From a virus: DNA of 64,000 bases. Position numbers and translations under genes: made by a program. Positions 52,137 through 62,344 of the stretch are shown here, in pieces. Each line of letters starts with the position of its first letter. Within the stretch, counting starts at the first letter, position 1. Location: positions 1 to 64,000 of the IMG/VR virus record IMGVR_UViG_3300010430_002753; one strand, written 5' to 3'. The notes under the pieces were generated by a model. The model had not been told where the DNA came from and did not search any database. It saw only the letters and a list, made by a program, of their open reading frames with translations.

Positions 52137-54173
52137 TTAAAATTTAATTTTTAATATTCTGTTAAAATTACCTTCAACTTTAACAACCAATTCATTTCTT
52201 TTAGTTTCTGAAAATCCTAAACCAGATAATTGATTATCAGAATATTCAGCTGACATTTTTGATCCTAATGCTTCAAATAATCGTTTATTTGACATTAACT
52301 CTTCATTTAAAAATTCATTATAGAATCCTCTAGTTCTAACAGGATTTTTACAATCTTTTAAAAAGAATAAATAATGTTTATTGCCCGTAGTTTTGTTATC
52401 CCAATAATTTGGACTATACATAATAGTTGAAACATCTACAAAATTATTAGTTTTAATATTCCAAATATCTTTTGAAGAACATGAACTCTCAATTAATGGT
52501 TCAACTATAAACTCACCATTTTTAAGTGTTACGTTTGCAACTTTTACAGTTTGGTCATTACGTAATTCTTTATTGTATGAAAATTCATAAATTTTTCCAT
52601 CAACTTCTAATTCAGCTGTAAATCCTGTTTTACCACCATTATGAGAATAATTATGAACTGATAATATATATTTTCCTTCATCCATTGTATGTTTATTTGG
52701 GAATGTTATGTTTTCAACTGCTCCATTTGGTGCTTGAGTATATGGTCGCCTTATATCAACATCTAATTGACCGCCATTGCTCATTTTACAAGGTTTTTTA
52801 TATGTATTAAACGCTATTGTTTTTCCACAAGGACATTTTAAATGAGCGTCAAAATCATTATTATTTTCATTATTGTCGTTCCACATTATACTATATCTAA
52901 AATCACCGTCAACTGCACCACCAAACTTTTTAACTAATTTTTTCATTGAACTATCTGCAATGTTACCATTGTAACTCCAACAAAAATTATTATCCCATTT
53001 AAACATTGATTTAGAATCTTTATTTTGTGGACCAATAAGACTAACTAAGTTATTAGTATGTTTACTATCTAATAATACTTTAATATTTTTAGATTTAGGC
53101 AAAACATCGTTAATAAAATCTGTAATACTAATTTCTTCAACTTTATCAAATTTCTTTGGATTTTCAGTTACTTCAGATTTTAATTCATCAAAAATAGATG
53201 TATTTACTTTTTCAACATCTCTATTAATATAAATAATATTATTTGCTGTGATATCATCCAATGTTGCAAATTTTCTTTGTAGTGAATCTTCAAAACCTAA
53301 TTCTTTAATTTGTTGTTCAGCTTTTTCTACCATCTTTTTTGTAAAAATTGCTTTAGGTCTTTTGTAATTTTCAGGTGCTACAACATTTTTTTCATATTTC
53401 CTTACTGCTTCATTTATATCTACATTATTTGACAAATCTATTAATAATGTTCCAATTGCAGAATTTCGTATTCTACATACTCTATTATCAATTGAATTTT
53501 TCCAATACCAATTATCATTTTCTACATGTAATTTTTTATATTTCAAAAATTCTTCAATTGAAATTTTATATTCAATACCTTTATATAATGATTTTTGTGC
53601 AATCAATTCTAAAATAGTTTCAGCTGCATCTACTGTTAATTCTGTCATTGCTCTTTGTAATAACTGTTTATTTTCTTTATGTTTACCTTGAATAGCTTCA
53701 ACAGAATATCGTAAATTGCTACTAACAAATTTATTAGGTAATACTAAGTTAAAATGGTCCCAAGAAATAGTTGAATTGTCTTCTAACAATTCTTTATTAT
53801 TTGCTGTTCCTAACTTATTATTAATTGTAATAAATTTATTATAAATTACTTTAGAATCAATATAATTTTTTAATTCTTTTGCAACAATATTGTATGGATA
53901 TTCTAAATCTTCAATATCCCAAATATTTTTAGTTTCATTATTTGAATCAATAATAACAATATTTCCAAAATGTTGAATAAATTGTCTACAACATGAACAA
54001 TCAAATTCTCTATGTTCTCTGTAGATCTCATTAGTTCCTTCTGGAAATGAATCAAGATATAAATTCCAAAATTTTTCTTTGTCAATATTTGCTAAAAATA
54101 AATGTTTTTCATCTTTAGAAATATTTGTAAATCTTTCTTGAACTGCTTGTTTAAACTTAATAAAATCTGCCAT
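52137..54173 (-). CDS. large conserved phage protein with a C-terminal YfaP/TerD-like domain
   Basis: FDCSCCRQF; DFDAH...GGQLDVD...AVENI; start after GGAGG. Confidence 0.65.
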   Translation of the reverse strand: MADFIKFKQAVQERFTNISKDEKHLFLANIDKEKFWNLYLDSFPEGTNEIYREHREFDCSCCRQFIQHFGNIVIIDSNNETKNIWDIEDLEYPYNIVAKELKNYIDSKVIYNKFITINNKLGTANNKELLEDNSTISWDHFNLVLPNKFVSSNLRYSVEAIQGKHKENKQLLQRAMTELTVDAAETILELIAQKSLYKGIEYKISIEEFLKYKKLHVENDNWYWKNSIDNRVCRIRNSAIGTLLIDLSNNVDINEAVRKYEKNVVAPENYKRPKAIFTKKMVEKAEQQIKELGFEDSLQRKFATLDDITANNIIYINRDVEKVNTSIFDELKSEVTENPKKFDKVEEISITDFINDVLPKSKNIKVLLDSKHTNNLVSLIGPQNKDSKSMFKWDNNFCWSYNGNIADSSMKKLVKKFGGAVDGDFRYSIMWNDNNENNNDFDAHLKCPCGKTIAFNTYKKPCKMSNGGQLDVDIRRPYTQAPNGAVENITFPNKHTMDEGKYILSVHNYSHNGGKTGFTAELEVDGKIYEFSYNKELRNDQTVKVANVTLKNGEFIVEPLIESSCSSKDIWNIKTNNFVDVSTIMYSPNYWDNKTTGNKHYLFFLKDCKNPVRTRGFYNEFLNEELMSNKRLFEALGSKMSAEYSDNQLSGLGFSETKRNELVVKVEGNFNRILKIKF

Positions 54174-54243
54174 GTTTTCCTCCACTATTTTTTAATTATT
54201 ACTAATTTAATATATCTATATTTTTTGTCAACTAAAAAATTAA

Positions 54244-54585
54244 TTATTTTATTGGGTTATTAAATTTATTTTTTAATATTAAAAATAATCTATATAATAA
54301 TTTGCAAATAAAAATGATTATTAAAATAAAAGTTATCATTGATGTCAATATTGGTAGTATAGAACATATCATAGCTACCCAAAATACAGATATATTTTTT
54401 ATTTCATCATACACACCAGTTTCTGTAAATAACCATTCGCTTTTAACTATTGTAGATGTTTTATTTGTTAACAAATATAATATATTATTTACATTTATTT
54501 GTAATTTATTAAATTTACAAACACTTATTAATAATACTGTTAAATTAATTAACATACACATAAAATATATTGTTAAAAAAATCAT
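54244..54585 (-). CDS. membrane protein
   Basis: Hydrophobic segments; GGAGG RBS. Confidence 0.6.
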   Translation of the reverse strand: MIFLTIYFMCMLINLTVLLISVCKFNKLQINVNNILYLLTNKTSTIVKSEWLFTETGVYDEIKNISVFWVAMICSILPILTSMITFILIIIFICKLLYRLFLILKNKFNNPIK

Positions 54586-54614
54586 AATAACCTCCAAGTT
54601 ATTTTATTTATAAA

Positions 54615-54654
54615 TACAATGTAAATAACATATAAAAATCTGTCAACTAAAAAA
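54615..54654 (-). promoter_or_regulatory. sigma70-like early promoter
   Basis: TTTTTTAG-TTGACA-17-TACATT-GTA. Confidence 0.8.
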
Positions 54655-54969
54655 TTATTTTTTATTTAATAACTTTAAGTTTCTTATAATATTTGCTTCT
54701 TTTTTCCAATCGTCAATATTATTAAAACGTATACCATTTATATAATACCATCCACCATATATTTCTCCAGATTCATAATATCTAATCTCAGCTGGTCCAT
54801 CTAATCTGTGTAATTTATTATTTATATAATATGTTTCAGTTCTTATTTCTCCAGATTCATTATACCAAATAGATGCTGGACCGTCAATTCTATGTTTTTT
54901 ACCATTTTTATAAAATTCTAGTTTTTTAACAGTTTCACCATTTTTATAATATTCAATTATTTCTTCCAC
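54655..54969 (-). CDS. HRxxGPA-repeat protein with C-terminal tag
   Basis: HRIDGPA, HRLDGPA; ends NIIRNLKLLNKK. Confidence 0.85.
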   Translation of the reverse strand: MEEIIEYYKNGETVKKLEFYKNGKKHRIDGPASIWYNESGEIRTETYYINNKLHRLDGPAEIRYYESGEIYGGWYYINGIRFNNIDDWKKEANIIRNLKLLNKK

Positions 54970-54971
54970 AA

Positions 54972-56372
54972 TTAAACCTTATTTAAAAGTTTTAATAATT
55001 CTTCTTTAGATATATTAGGATTTTCCATAAAAATATCTTCAGCTTTTCTCATATACTCACCAACTTTAATTCCTGGTTTAATATTAAATGTATTAATAAT
55101 ATCTTTTCCAGAAATAGGCATTGATACTGGTTCATGTTTTTCTTTTAGTTCAGCAATTCTTTTTGCTATATTCGGAACTTGATAAGGTAAACAATGTTCA
55201 GGTGCATGAGAAATATTATCTGCGTGAATAACTTCTAATAATTCTGTTAATAGATTACCTGATAATTTAATTAACTTTCTTATTGATTTATCTTTAATGT
55301 TTAAAGTTTCATTTCCCCATTGTTTAGTATGCATATGATTTTTGACAATAAAAGAAACACTATCAACTATTTCATTCTCATACTTTAATCTTTTTAAAAT
55401 ATCAATAACCATAGTTTCACTAAGAGTATTATGATCTATAAAACTATAATCATTTTTATCAGAATTCCATACTCTAGTTTTTAATTTACCAATATCATGT
55501 AATAACGCAGATAGTCTAACAACTAATTTATTTTCATTTTCTAGTATTGGTTTTTTAACAACGGCTTGTAATACGTCAAATAAATGATTAAATAAATCTG
55601 CAGAATGATATTCGTTTTGTTTAAAATCTATAGTTTCAATTAATTCTGGAATAATATAATTAATTAATCCAGTTTTTACTAAATAATATAATCCATTTAA
55701 ACAATTATCAGATAACATTATTTTTGTAAATTCACTATTAATTCTCTCTTTTGATAAAATTTCTGTAGATTTATAATTTCTAATTATTGAATCGTATACA
55801 TCTTTAGTTAATTTAAATCCTCTTGTAGAAAATCTAATAGCTCTTAACATTCTTAAAGGATCTTCTTTAAAAATACTATCAGGATCTGATGTTGTATTTA
55901 AAACATTATTACCTAAATCATTAATACCATTTCCAGTAAAATCTTCTAATTTATTTAAAGATATATTATACATTAAAGAATTAATAGTAAAATCTCTTCT
56001 TACTGCATCTTGCTCTATTGTTCCAAATTTAACTAATGGTTTTCTACTACCTTCTTCATACGCTTCTTGCCTACTCATCACAGATTCAAAATCTAAATCA
56101 CTATTAGGTAATCTAAAATTAGCAGTTCCAAATCTTCCAAAGATTACTGGATTGCTATCTTTTTTATATACTCCTAATTTCCTTGTTAAATATTCTGCTA
56201 ATGCAACACCACCCATTGGTAAATTTACAACAATATCAATATCTTTAATTTCTTTCTTTTTTAACAAAATATCTCTTACCGCGCCACCTACTATATATAC
56301 CTTATTCTCAAATTGAGTATCTATAATATGCTTATTGATACTTTCAGATATTTTAAATAATCTTTCTAACAT
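54972..56372 (-). CDS. cca: CCA-adding tRNA nucleotidyltransferase with HD domain
   Basis: VGGAVRD, DIDI, DAVRRDFTIN, EDPLRMLRAIRF, LLHDIGK. Confidence 0.9.
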   Translation of the reverse strand: MLERLFKISESINKHIIDTQFENKVYIVGGAVRDILLKKKEIKDIDIVVNLPMGGVALAEYLTRKLGVYKKDSNPVIFGRFGTANFRLPNSDLDFESVMSRQEAYEEGSRKPLVKFGTIEQDAVRRDFTINSLMYNISLNKLEDFTGNGINDLGNNVLNTTSDPDSIFKEDPLRMLRAIRFSTRGFKLTKDVYDSIIRNYKSTEILSKERINSEFTKIMLSDNCLNGLYYLVKTGLINYIIPELIETIDFKQNEYHSADLFNHLFDVLQAVVKKPILENENKLVVRLSALLHDIGKLKTRVWNSDKNDYSFIDHNTLSETMVIDILKRLKYENEIVDSVSFIVKNHMHTKQWGNETLNIKDKSIRKLIKLSGNLLTELLEVIHADNISHAPEHCLPYQVPNIAKRIAELKEKHEPVSMPISGKDIINTFNIKPGIKVGEYMRKAEDIFMENPNISKEELLKLLNKV

Positions 56373-56394
56373 ATAACCTCCAAATATTTATAAA

Positions 56395-56434
56395 TACAAT
56401 ATATCTAATTTTAAAATTTATGTCAACTAAAAAA
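56395..56434 (-). promoter_or_regulatory. sigma70-like early promoter
   Basis: TTTTTTAG-TTGACA-17-TATATT-GTA. Confidence 0.85.
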
Positions 56435-56695
56435 TTATTTTTTATTTAATAATTTTAAATTTCTATTTATATTAATTAGTTTATTAAATTCTTCTTTTTC
56501 ATATTCGTTTCCATTTAAATAATAATATTCACTAATAATTCCACCATTTTTATGATGCCAAATTACAGTTGGCCCGTCTAATCTATGTCTTTCATCTTTT
56601 GAATTATAATAACATTCACTTTCTATTTTTTTTTCTTCTTTATCATAATATCTTATGTTTTTATAACAATCATTTCCTAATTTTATAATTTTCAT
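56435..56695 (-). CDS. HRxxGPA-repeat protein with C-terminal tag
   Basis: HRLDGPT; ends NINRNLKLLNKK. Confidence 0.85.
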   Translation of the reverse strand: MKIIKLGNDCYKNIRYYDKEEKKIESECYYNSKDERHRLDGPTVIWHHKNGGIISEYYYLNGNEYEKEEFNKLININRNLKLLNKK

Positions 56696-57019
56696 AATTA
56701 AACTTTATTTAACACAGCTATATTTATCTCTAAAATTTCGTTTTTCTTCATCACTCATTAATTTCCATTGTTTTTTTAATCTTTGATAATAAGATCTTTT
56801 ATCAATTGGATTATCATAATCAACAACTTTTTTTAAAAATTTTAATACTGTTTTTCTCATTATATACTTCCAATATTATTTGTTTTTATTGCCATCACGC
56901 TCTTTAAAGTTTTCACATTCATCTGTTTTAACTACAGTTCCTTTTTTACTTGATTTACAAGTATTATAATTTTCACATTTTCCACATTTAACTCTAAACA
57001 TATTTCTCATAGTATTCTC

Positions 57020-57283
57020 CTATTTTTTATTTAATAACTTTAAGTTTCTATTTATATTAATTTTTTTATTATACTCTTCTTTTGAATAACTTTTACCATT
57101 TATCCAATAATGTTCACCTCTTATTTCTCCAGATCTATAATACCAAATTCTAGCTGGTCCATCTAATCTATGAAGTTTTCTATTTATATAATACACTTCA
57201 CTTTCTATTTTAGTTTTCTCTACATCATGATAATATATTTTTTTATAACAACCGTTTTCTAATTCAATTCTTTTCATTTTCAT
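57020..57283 (-). CDS. HRxxGPA-repeat protein with C-terminal tag
   Basis: HRLDGPA; ends NINRNLKLLNKK. Confidence 0.85.
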   Translation of the reverse strand: MKMKRIELENGCYKKIYYHDVEKTKIESEVYYINRKLHRLDGPARIWYYRSGEIRGEHYWINGKSYSKEEYNKKININRNLKLLNKK

Positions 57284-57310
57284 AATTAAACCTCTCTTTT
57301 TATTTATAAA

Positions 57311-57350
57311 TACAATATAAATTATACATAAAAATATGTCAACTAAAAAA
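57311..57350 (-). promoter_or_regulatory. sigma70-like early promoter
   Basis: TTTTTTAG-TTGACA-17-TATATT-GTA. Confidence 0.85.
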
Positions 57351-57830
57351 TTATTTTTTATCTAATAACTTTAAATTTACTTGTATTTTAAAATCTTTTA
57401 AATTTTTACATCTAATTCTTTTTCCATTATAATAATATCGTATATAAGGATTAGGAGACATTGAATTATACGCATTCATATATGATTCTAAATCTAAAAC
57501 AGTAAATGCTGTATTTTCATCATATATAGTAGATGTAATCCAAGCTGGTCCGTTTATATTATGTAATTTTCCATCTTTATATTTTTTAAAACTAAATTCT
57601 GAACTTACAAAATTTACATAATTAATATATTCTTTTATAAATGTATTTACCAATTTTTTTGATGTCATTTGAATAATAATCTTAAACGTATCAAATACTA
57701 TCAAATAATTATAATCAGATCCGTAATAATCGTGTATTTCTAATTTTGTATCAATATCAAATAATTTAATGTGACCAATTTTTGATGCAGATTTTATAAT
57801 TTTATCTTTTAATTCTATTGATATTTTCAT
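57351..57830 (-). CDS. divergent HNxxGPA protein with a variant tag
   Basis: HNINGPA; ends KIQVNLKLLDKK. Confidence 0.75.
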   Translation of the reverse strand: MKISIELKDKIIKSASKIGHIKLFDIDTKLEIHDYYGSDYNYLIVFDTFKIIIQMTSKKLVNTFIKEYINYVNFVSSEFSFKKYKDGKLHNINGPAWITSTIYDENTAFTVLDLESYMNAYNSMSPNPYIRYYYNGKRIRCKNLKDFKIQVNLKLLDKK

Positions 57831-58120
57831 TTAATCTTCAAATGTTATAATAGGATTTCTGCAAGTATTATCTTTTTTATTTACTTTTAATTCTGCGTAC
57901 ACAGTTTTTATGTCTCTATTTTTGTTCCAATATTCTATAACAAAATTATAAGAATTGTCTATTTTTGATTTTATGCCTTTATAATTAATATTTTTTATAT
58001 TAAAAAAATCATCTTTAAACTTATCATACATAACTCTAATAAATGCACCATTAACGTTATCAGCAATTTCTTCTGTATTTACGCCACCACTTGTACTAAA
58101 TCTAAATTGTTGTTGCATAT

Positions 58121-58393
58121 TTACTCCTTATTTAATAACTTTAAATTTCTGTTTATATTAATTATTTTAATTACTTCTGAATGTTTATAGAATTCTTTTT
58201 TTGAATATTCTTTACCGTTTATCCAATAATCTTTATTATATATTTTACCAGATTTATAATACCAATTTTTAGCTGGTCCTTCTAATCTATGTGATTCACC
58301 ATTTGAATTATAATAATATTCATAATGAATTTTTCCATTTTCATGATAATGTATTTTTTTATAATTTCCATTTTCTAACTTAATTCTTTTCAT
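58121..58393 (-). CDS. HRxxGPA-repeat protein with C-terminal tag
   Basis: HRLEGPA; ends NINRNLKLLNKE. Confidence 0.85.
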   Translation of the reverse strand: MKRIKLENGNYKKIHYHENGKIHYEYYYNSNGESHRLEGPAKNWYYKSGKIYNKDYWINGKEYSKKEFYKHSEVIKIININRNLKLLNKE

Positions 58394-58395
58394 AA

Positions 58396-58914
58396 TTAAA
58401 CCTTATTTAATAACTTTAAATTTCTATTTATATTATATATTTTATCAAAATCTTTTTTATCTAACCCTCTTCCATGTAATTCATAATAATGTTCACAACA
58501 TAAAGCTTTTCTATATTTAAAATATTCTTCATTTATATATTTTTTAGGATCTATAATATATTCATTCCAAAAATAATTAGAATTCATACTATTAAAATAT
58601 ACTCTGCTTGGACCTAAATCATTATGATATTTACCATTTTTTAAAAATTTAATAGTAAATGGCGATATTACATATTTTAAATATTTTCCATATTTTAAAT
58701 GAATAATATTATTAATATATGTTGCCTTTGTATTTACTATTTCAATTTTAAATGTTTCAAAACATAATATATAATAACTTTTATCGGCACCTTCATATTG
58801 TTTTAATTTTCCTATTGGATCTTTAACATTTAATATAGAATAATTAATATAATTATCTTTAAAATGTTTTTCAAAATGTTTTTTTAATTCTTTTTGAGTA
58901 ATAATTTTTTTCAT
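58396..58914 (-). CDS. divergent HNxxGPS protein with C-terminal tag
   Basis: HNDLGPS; ends NINRNLKLLNKV; N-terminal part resembles 57351-57830 (F.TFKI.I). Confidence 0.8.
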   Translation of the reverse strand: MKKIITQKELKKHFEKHFKDNYINYSILNVKDPIGKLKQYEGADKSYYILCFETFKIEIVNTKATYINNIIHLKYGKYLKYVISPFTIKFLKNGKYHNDLGPSRVYFNSMNSNYFWNEYIIDPKKYINEEYFKYRKALCCEHYYELHGRGLDKKDFDKIYNINRNLKLLNKV

Positions 58915-58938
58915 AACTATCCTTTTTTTTTATAAATA

Positions 58939-58975
58939 ATTATAAATTACAATAACAATAATGTCAACTAAAAAA
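58939..58975 (-). promoter_or_regulatory. sigma70-like early promoter
   Basis: TTTTTTAG-TTGACA-17-TATAAT. Confidence 0.85.
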
Positions 58976-59003
58976 TAAAAAAGAGGAATATTTAATTCCT
59001 CTT
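58976..59003 (-). terminator. intrinsic terminator abutting a promoter
   Basis: AAGAGGAAT/ATTCCTCTT plus T tract. Confidence 0.75.
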
Positions 59004-59024
59004 AATACTTAATTTAATTATAGT

Positions 59025-61622
59025 TTATCCACATTTTGACCAAGCACATGAATTACAACTAATACAACCTTGTTCATATCTTAATGTAGATTGACCACAT
59101 GAAGGACATTCTTGTTCTTTATCATCTTTAACTACTTTAGTTCCATCTTTTATAAAATTACTTAATAATTTTTTAATATGAAATATTAAAGTAGAAATAC
59201 CAGTATTATGTTCATCTAATACATTAATAATATCTTGAATCTGAACATTATGTCTAAGTGCCATTCCAATAGCTCTTGCTATTTTATTTACATTAGATTG
59301 ACCATTATATTTTTCTTTTTGTTTTACTATTAATTCTTCATTTATTTCTTTATTTATACATAATGTTTCCATAGCTTCTACAACACTTCCTGCAATTTCT
59401 GTAGATTCATGACAATTAGTATTAATAAACATTCCAAATGGTTTAGTTAAATTTCTATCAGCAAATATTATATTAACATACCATTTCTTTTTATTGATAT
59501 CTTTAATTTTATAACCTTTAGAATAATATTCACCAGGTAATTTTACGCTGTCTTTAATTACATATCCATTAGATTTAATAAATAAAGTTTCTAATTCTGA
59601 TTTTTCTTTTTCTACTGTTTCTTTTCTTTCTAATACAGCAGACATTGTTCCATCACGGTATGTAGTAATTCCTTTAATACCAGATTTATAAGCGTCTAAA
59701 TAAAGATCTTTAAATTTTTCATACGGATAATCTTTAGGTATATTTACAGTTTTACTAATAGCCTGATTACAATAATGTGCTAATACTTTTAATGTTTTAA
59801 TATGGTCTTCTACAGATAATTCATTAGTAGTACTAAACGCACCTTTATCTTTATATTTTTTAAATTGATCTTTTGTTAAATTTTCTTTACACCATTTATA
59901 TCCGTAATCTATAACTTCAGTTTGTTTTACTAATCCTCTATTTTTATCACATTCATAATTAATATTATTAAACTTACCTTTTAAAATATCTTCTGTTCCG
60001 CGTTTACTAAATTTTAAATCTTTTGTTTCAAACCATTCACCATTATGAATATCAGGAAATTTCATTTTGTTACTCTTTAATGTATTTAATTCTTTTTCAT
60101 TTACAATAGACCATCTAAAATAATCTGTACTAAATACTGGTTCTATTCCACCACTAACTATACCTGCAAAAATTCCAGTATTTCCATTTGGTGCAAACAT
60201 TGAATGATGCGAATTTCTCATACACCCAATATCTTTAATTTTATTTTTTACTTCATCACTAATTTTTAAATTATTAAAATATTCTGTATTAAAATAATGT
60301 GATGAATCAAATAATTCAAAATTACCTTTTTCTTTTCCAAGCTCTGCAGAATATAATAATTCTGTTTCTGCTTTAATTTTCATCAATTTTTTAGTAAATT
60401 TTAAACATTCTTCACTTCCATATTTTATACCTAACATCATTAAAGCTGATCCATACCCCATAAATCCTAGACCAATTCTTCTTTTTTCTTTTATTGCAGT
60501 TTTATAAATATCTAAAGGCACTGTAGATATATCATTAATATTATCTAAAAATCTAATAGCTGTTTTTACGTCTTCTTTATATGATTCGAAATCAAATCTA
60601 ATAGATCCATCAAAATATAATATTATATATTTAACTAAATTATGAGAAGATAAATTACAAACACCGGTAGACATGGGAATTTCTCCACAAGGATTTGTTT
60701 GGTATATTTTTTCTTTTCCATTTAACGGATTAATTTTATTAATTAAGTCTAAAAACATTATACCTGGTTCATTTCTATTATATGTGGCCTTCATAATTTC
60801 TTCCCAGATGTTTTTGGCTTTTAATGTTTCATGAATTACTGTTGGAAATCCTTTTGATTTCCAATCTATTAAATCACCAAACCACTCAGTTTTATATTTA
60901 TCATAAGTAGTATCTGGGAATTCTAAATCCCAATCTAAATCATTTTTAAGTGCATTCATAAATCCATCGACTATACCAATGCTTAAATTAAATTTTGATA
61001 ATCTACCAGGAGTTTGTTTTACTTTAATAAATTCAATAATATCTGGAGAATTAATATTTAATACTCCCATTTGAGCACCTTTTCTTATTTTTCTTTTTTC
61101 ATTTTGTTTTTCTTCACCTAAAATCTTTTCAGTTCCACATGTCACTATTTCTGAAGATTTATCCCATAGTTCTAAAAATTTCAATACACCAGGTGTTCTT
61201 ATATTATTACCGTTAACATATGACCCATTAGGTCTTAAATAAGAAAAGTTCTGACCATACCCTCCTTCAACTGCTAAAATCTTTGCTTGATCGGCTAATA
61301 ATGAATATATACCTTCTATACTATCTGGATTTTTTAAACCTGTATCGTATGGATGATGTGTATAACAATTAAAAGACGTTGAATTTTTTCGTTCTTCTAA
61401 ACCTATATTTGATAAAATTCTTCCAGCTGGTATTAATTTAAATTCTTTCATTAAATTTAAAAATTTATTTTCCCATAATTCTTTATCTTTTTCTACAGAA
61501 GCTACTTTCTTTGCTATTCTTTTAAATGTATCTATAACATCTAATTCTTTACTACCTTTATAATTATCTTTCCAAACTTCTAAACTAAATTTTTCAATTG
61601 TATCATTTAAAGACTCTTTCAT
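59025..61622 (-). CDS. nrdJ: class II (adenosylcobalamin-dependent) ribonucleotide reductase
   Basis: PAGRILSN, FNC, TNPCGEI, CNLSS, APNG, SKTVN, KGITTYRDG; C-terminal CPSCG..GCISCNSCAWSKC; no nrdB adjacent. Confidence 0.88.
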   Translation of the reverse strand: MKESLNDTIEKFSLEVWKDNYKGSKELDVIDTFKRIAKKVASVEKDKELWENKFLNLMKEFKLIPAGRILSNIGLEERKNSTSFNCYTHHPYDTGLKNPDSIEGIYSLLADQAKILAVEGGYGQNFSYLRPNGSYVNGNNIRTPGVLKFLELWDKSSEIVTCGTEKILGEEKQNEKRKIRKGAQMGVLNINSPDIIEFIKVKQTPGRLSKFNLSIGIVDGFMNALKNDLDWDLEFPDTTYDKYKTEWFGDLIDWKSKGFPTVIHETLKAKNIWEEIMKATYNRNEPGIMFLDLINKINPLNGKEKIYQTNPCGEIPMSTGVCNLSSHNLVKYIILYFDGSIRFDFESYKEDVKTAIRFLDNINDISTVPLDIYKTAIKEKRRIGLGFMGYGSALMMLGIKYGSEECLKFTKKLMKIKAETELLYSAELGKEKGNFELFDSSHYFNTEYFNNLKISDEVKNKIKDIGCMRNSHHSMFAPNGNTGIFAGIVSGGIEPVFSTDYFRWSIVNEKELNTLKSNKMKFPDIHNGEWFETKDLKFSKRGTEDILKGKFNNINYECDKNRGLVKQTEVIDYGYKWCKENLTKDQFKKYKDKGAFSTTNELSVEDHIKTLKVLAHYCNQAISKTVNIPKDYPYEKFKDLYLDAYKSGIKGITTYRDGTMSAVLERKETVEKEKSELETLFIKSNGYVIKDSVKLPGEYYSKGYKIKDINKKKWYVNIIFADRNLTKPFGMFINTNCHESTEIAGSVVEAMETLCINKEINEELIVKQKEKYNGQSNVNKIARAIGMALRHNVQIQDIINVLDEHNTGISTLIFHIKKLLSNFIKDGTKVVKDDKEQECPSCGQSTLRYEQGCISCNSCAWSKCG

Positions 61623-61640
61623 ATTAATACTTTTCCACCT

Positions 61641-62261
61641 TTATAATTTATTTTTAAATCTATCTTTTAATTTTTGATTCTTTTCTATTTTATCTTTGAC
61701 TTTTTGTTTTTCTATACTTCTTAAATATCCATCTTCTGGTTTTTTTTCTTTTCTATTATCATTTATATATTCTCTTACTTCATCTATATTAGTTAAAGCT
61801 AAACTTGGTAATCTATGCAAATTATTATTACACAATATATACCAATAATCATCTTTATTTCTATAAATGTCTGCAACTGATTCTTTGTCAAATGAATAAA
61901 ATTCTATAAACCCTGCTTTTATTAATTTTAAAACACTTTCTGGGCATGCTATATATGAATTATCTTGATTAGACAAGCATTGCAATAGTAATGTTTTTTT
62001 ATATGTTTTTAAATGTGAATAAGGTTTAATAGTAATAGTTTTATCTTTATTTTGTTTTAATACCCTAATTGTAACATATTTTTTTAAAAAGTCAATTGAT
62101 TTTATATTATAATATTGAACGTTCTTTTTATAATAAATTGTTAAGTAATAATCTTTAAATAATTTTTTTATTGGTGTATATAAATATCTTTTAGTTATTC
62201 CTGAATAGAGTTTATCTTTGTATTTTTTAATCCAAAAAAACCCTTTAAAAGTTGTTAACAT
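61641..62261 (-). CDS. hypothetical basic protein
   Basis: ORF with AAGG RBS. Confidence 0.6.
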   Translation of the reverse strand: MLTTFKGFFWIKKYKDKLYSGITKRYLYTPIKKLFKDYYLTIYYKKNVQYYNIKSIDFLKKYVTIRVLKQNKDKTITIKPYSHLKTYKKTLLLQCLSNQDNSYIACPESVLKLIKAGFIEFYSFDKESVADIYRNKDDYWYILCNNNLHRLPSLALTNIDEVREYINDNRKEKKPEDGYLRSIEKQKVKDKIEKNQKLKDRFKNKL

Positions 62262-62286
62262 AAATATTCCTTTATTAAAAGTTGAG

Positions 62287-62328
62287 AAAAAAATAGAAAG
62301 TACTAAAAATATAAGTACTTTCTATTTT
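62287..62328 (-). terminator. intrinsic terminator
   Basis: AAAATAGAAAGTACT/AGTACTTTCTATTTT. Confidence 0.75.
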
Positions 62329-62344
62329 AAAATAAATTGTTGTA

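Noticed and set aside
59025-61622. Intein or intron in nrdJ
   Set aside because: Continuous ORF with no intein C/HN-C ends or homing endonuclease motifs
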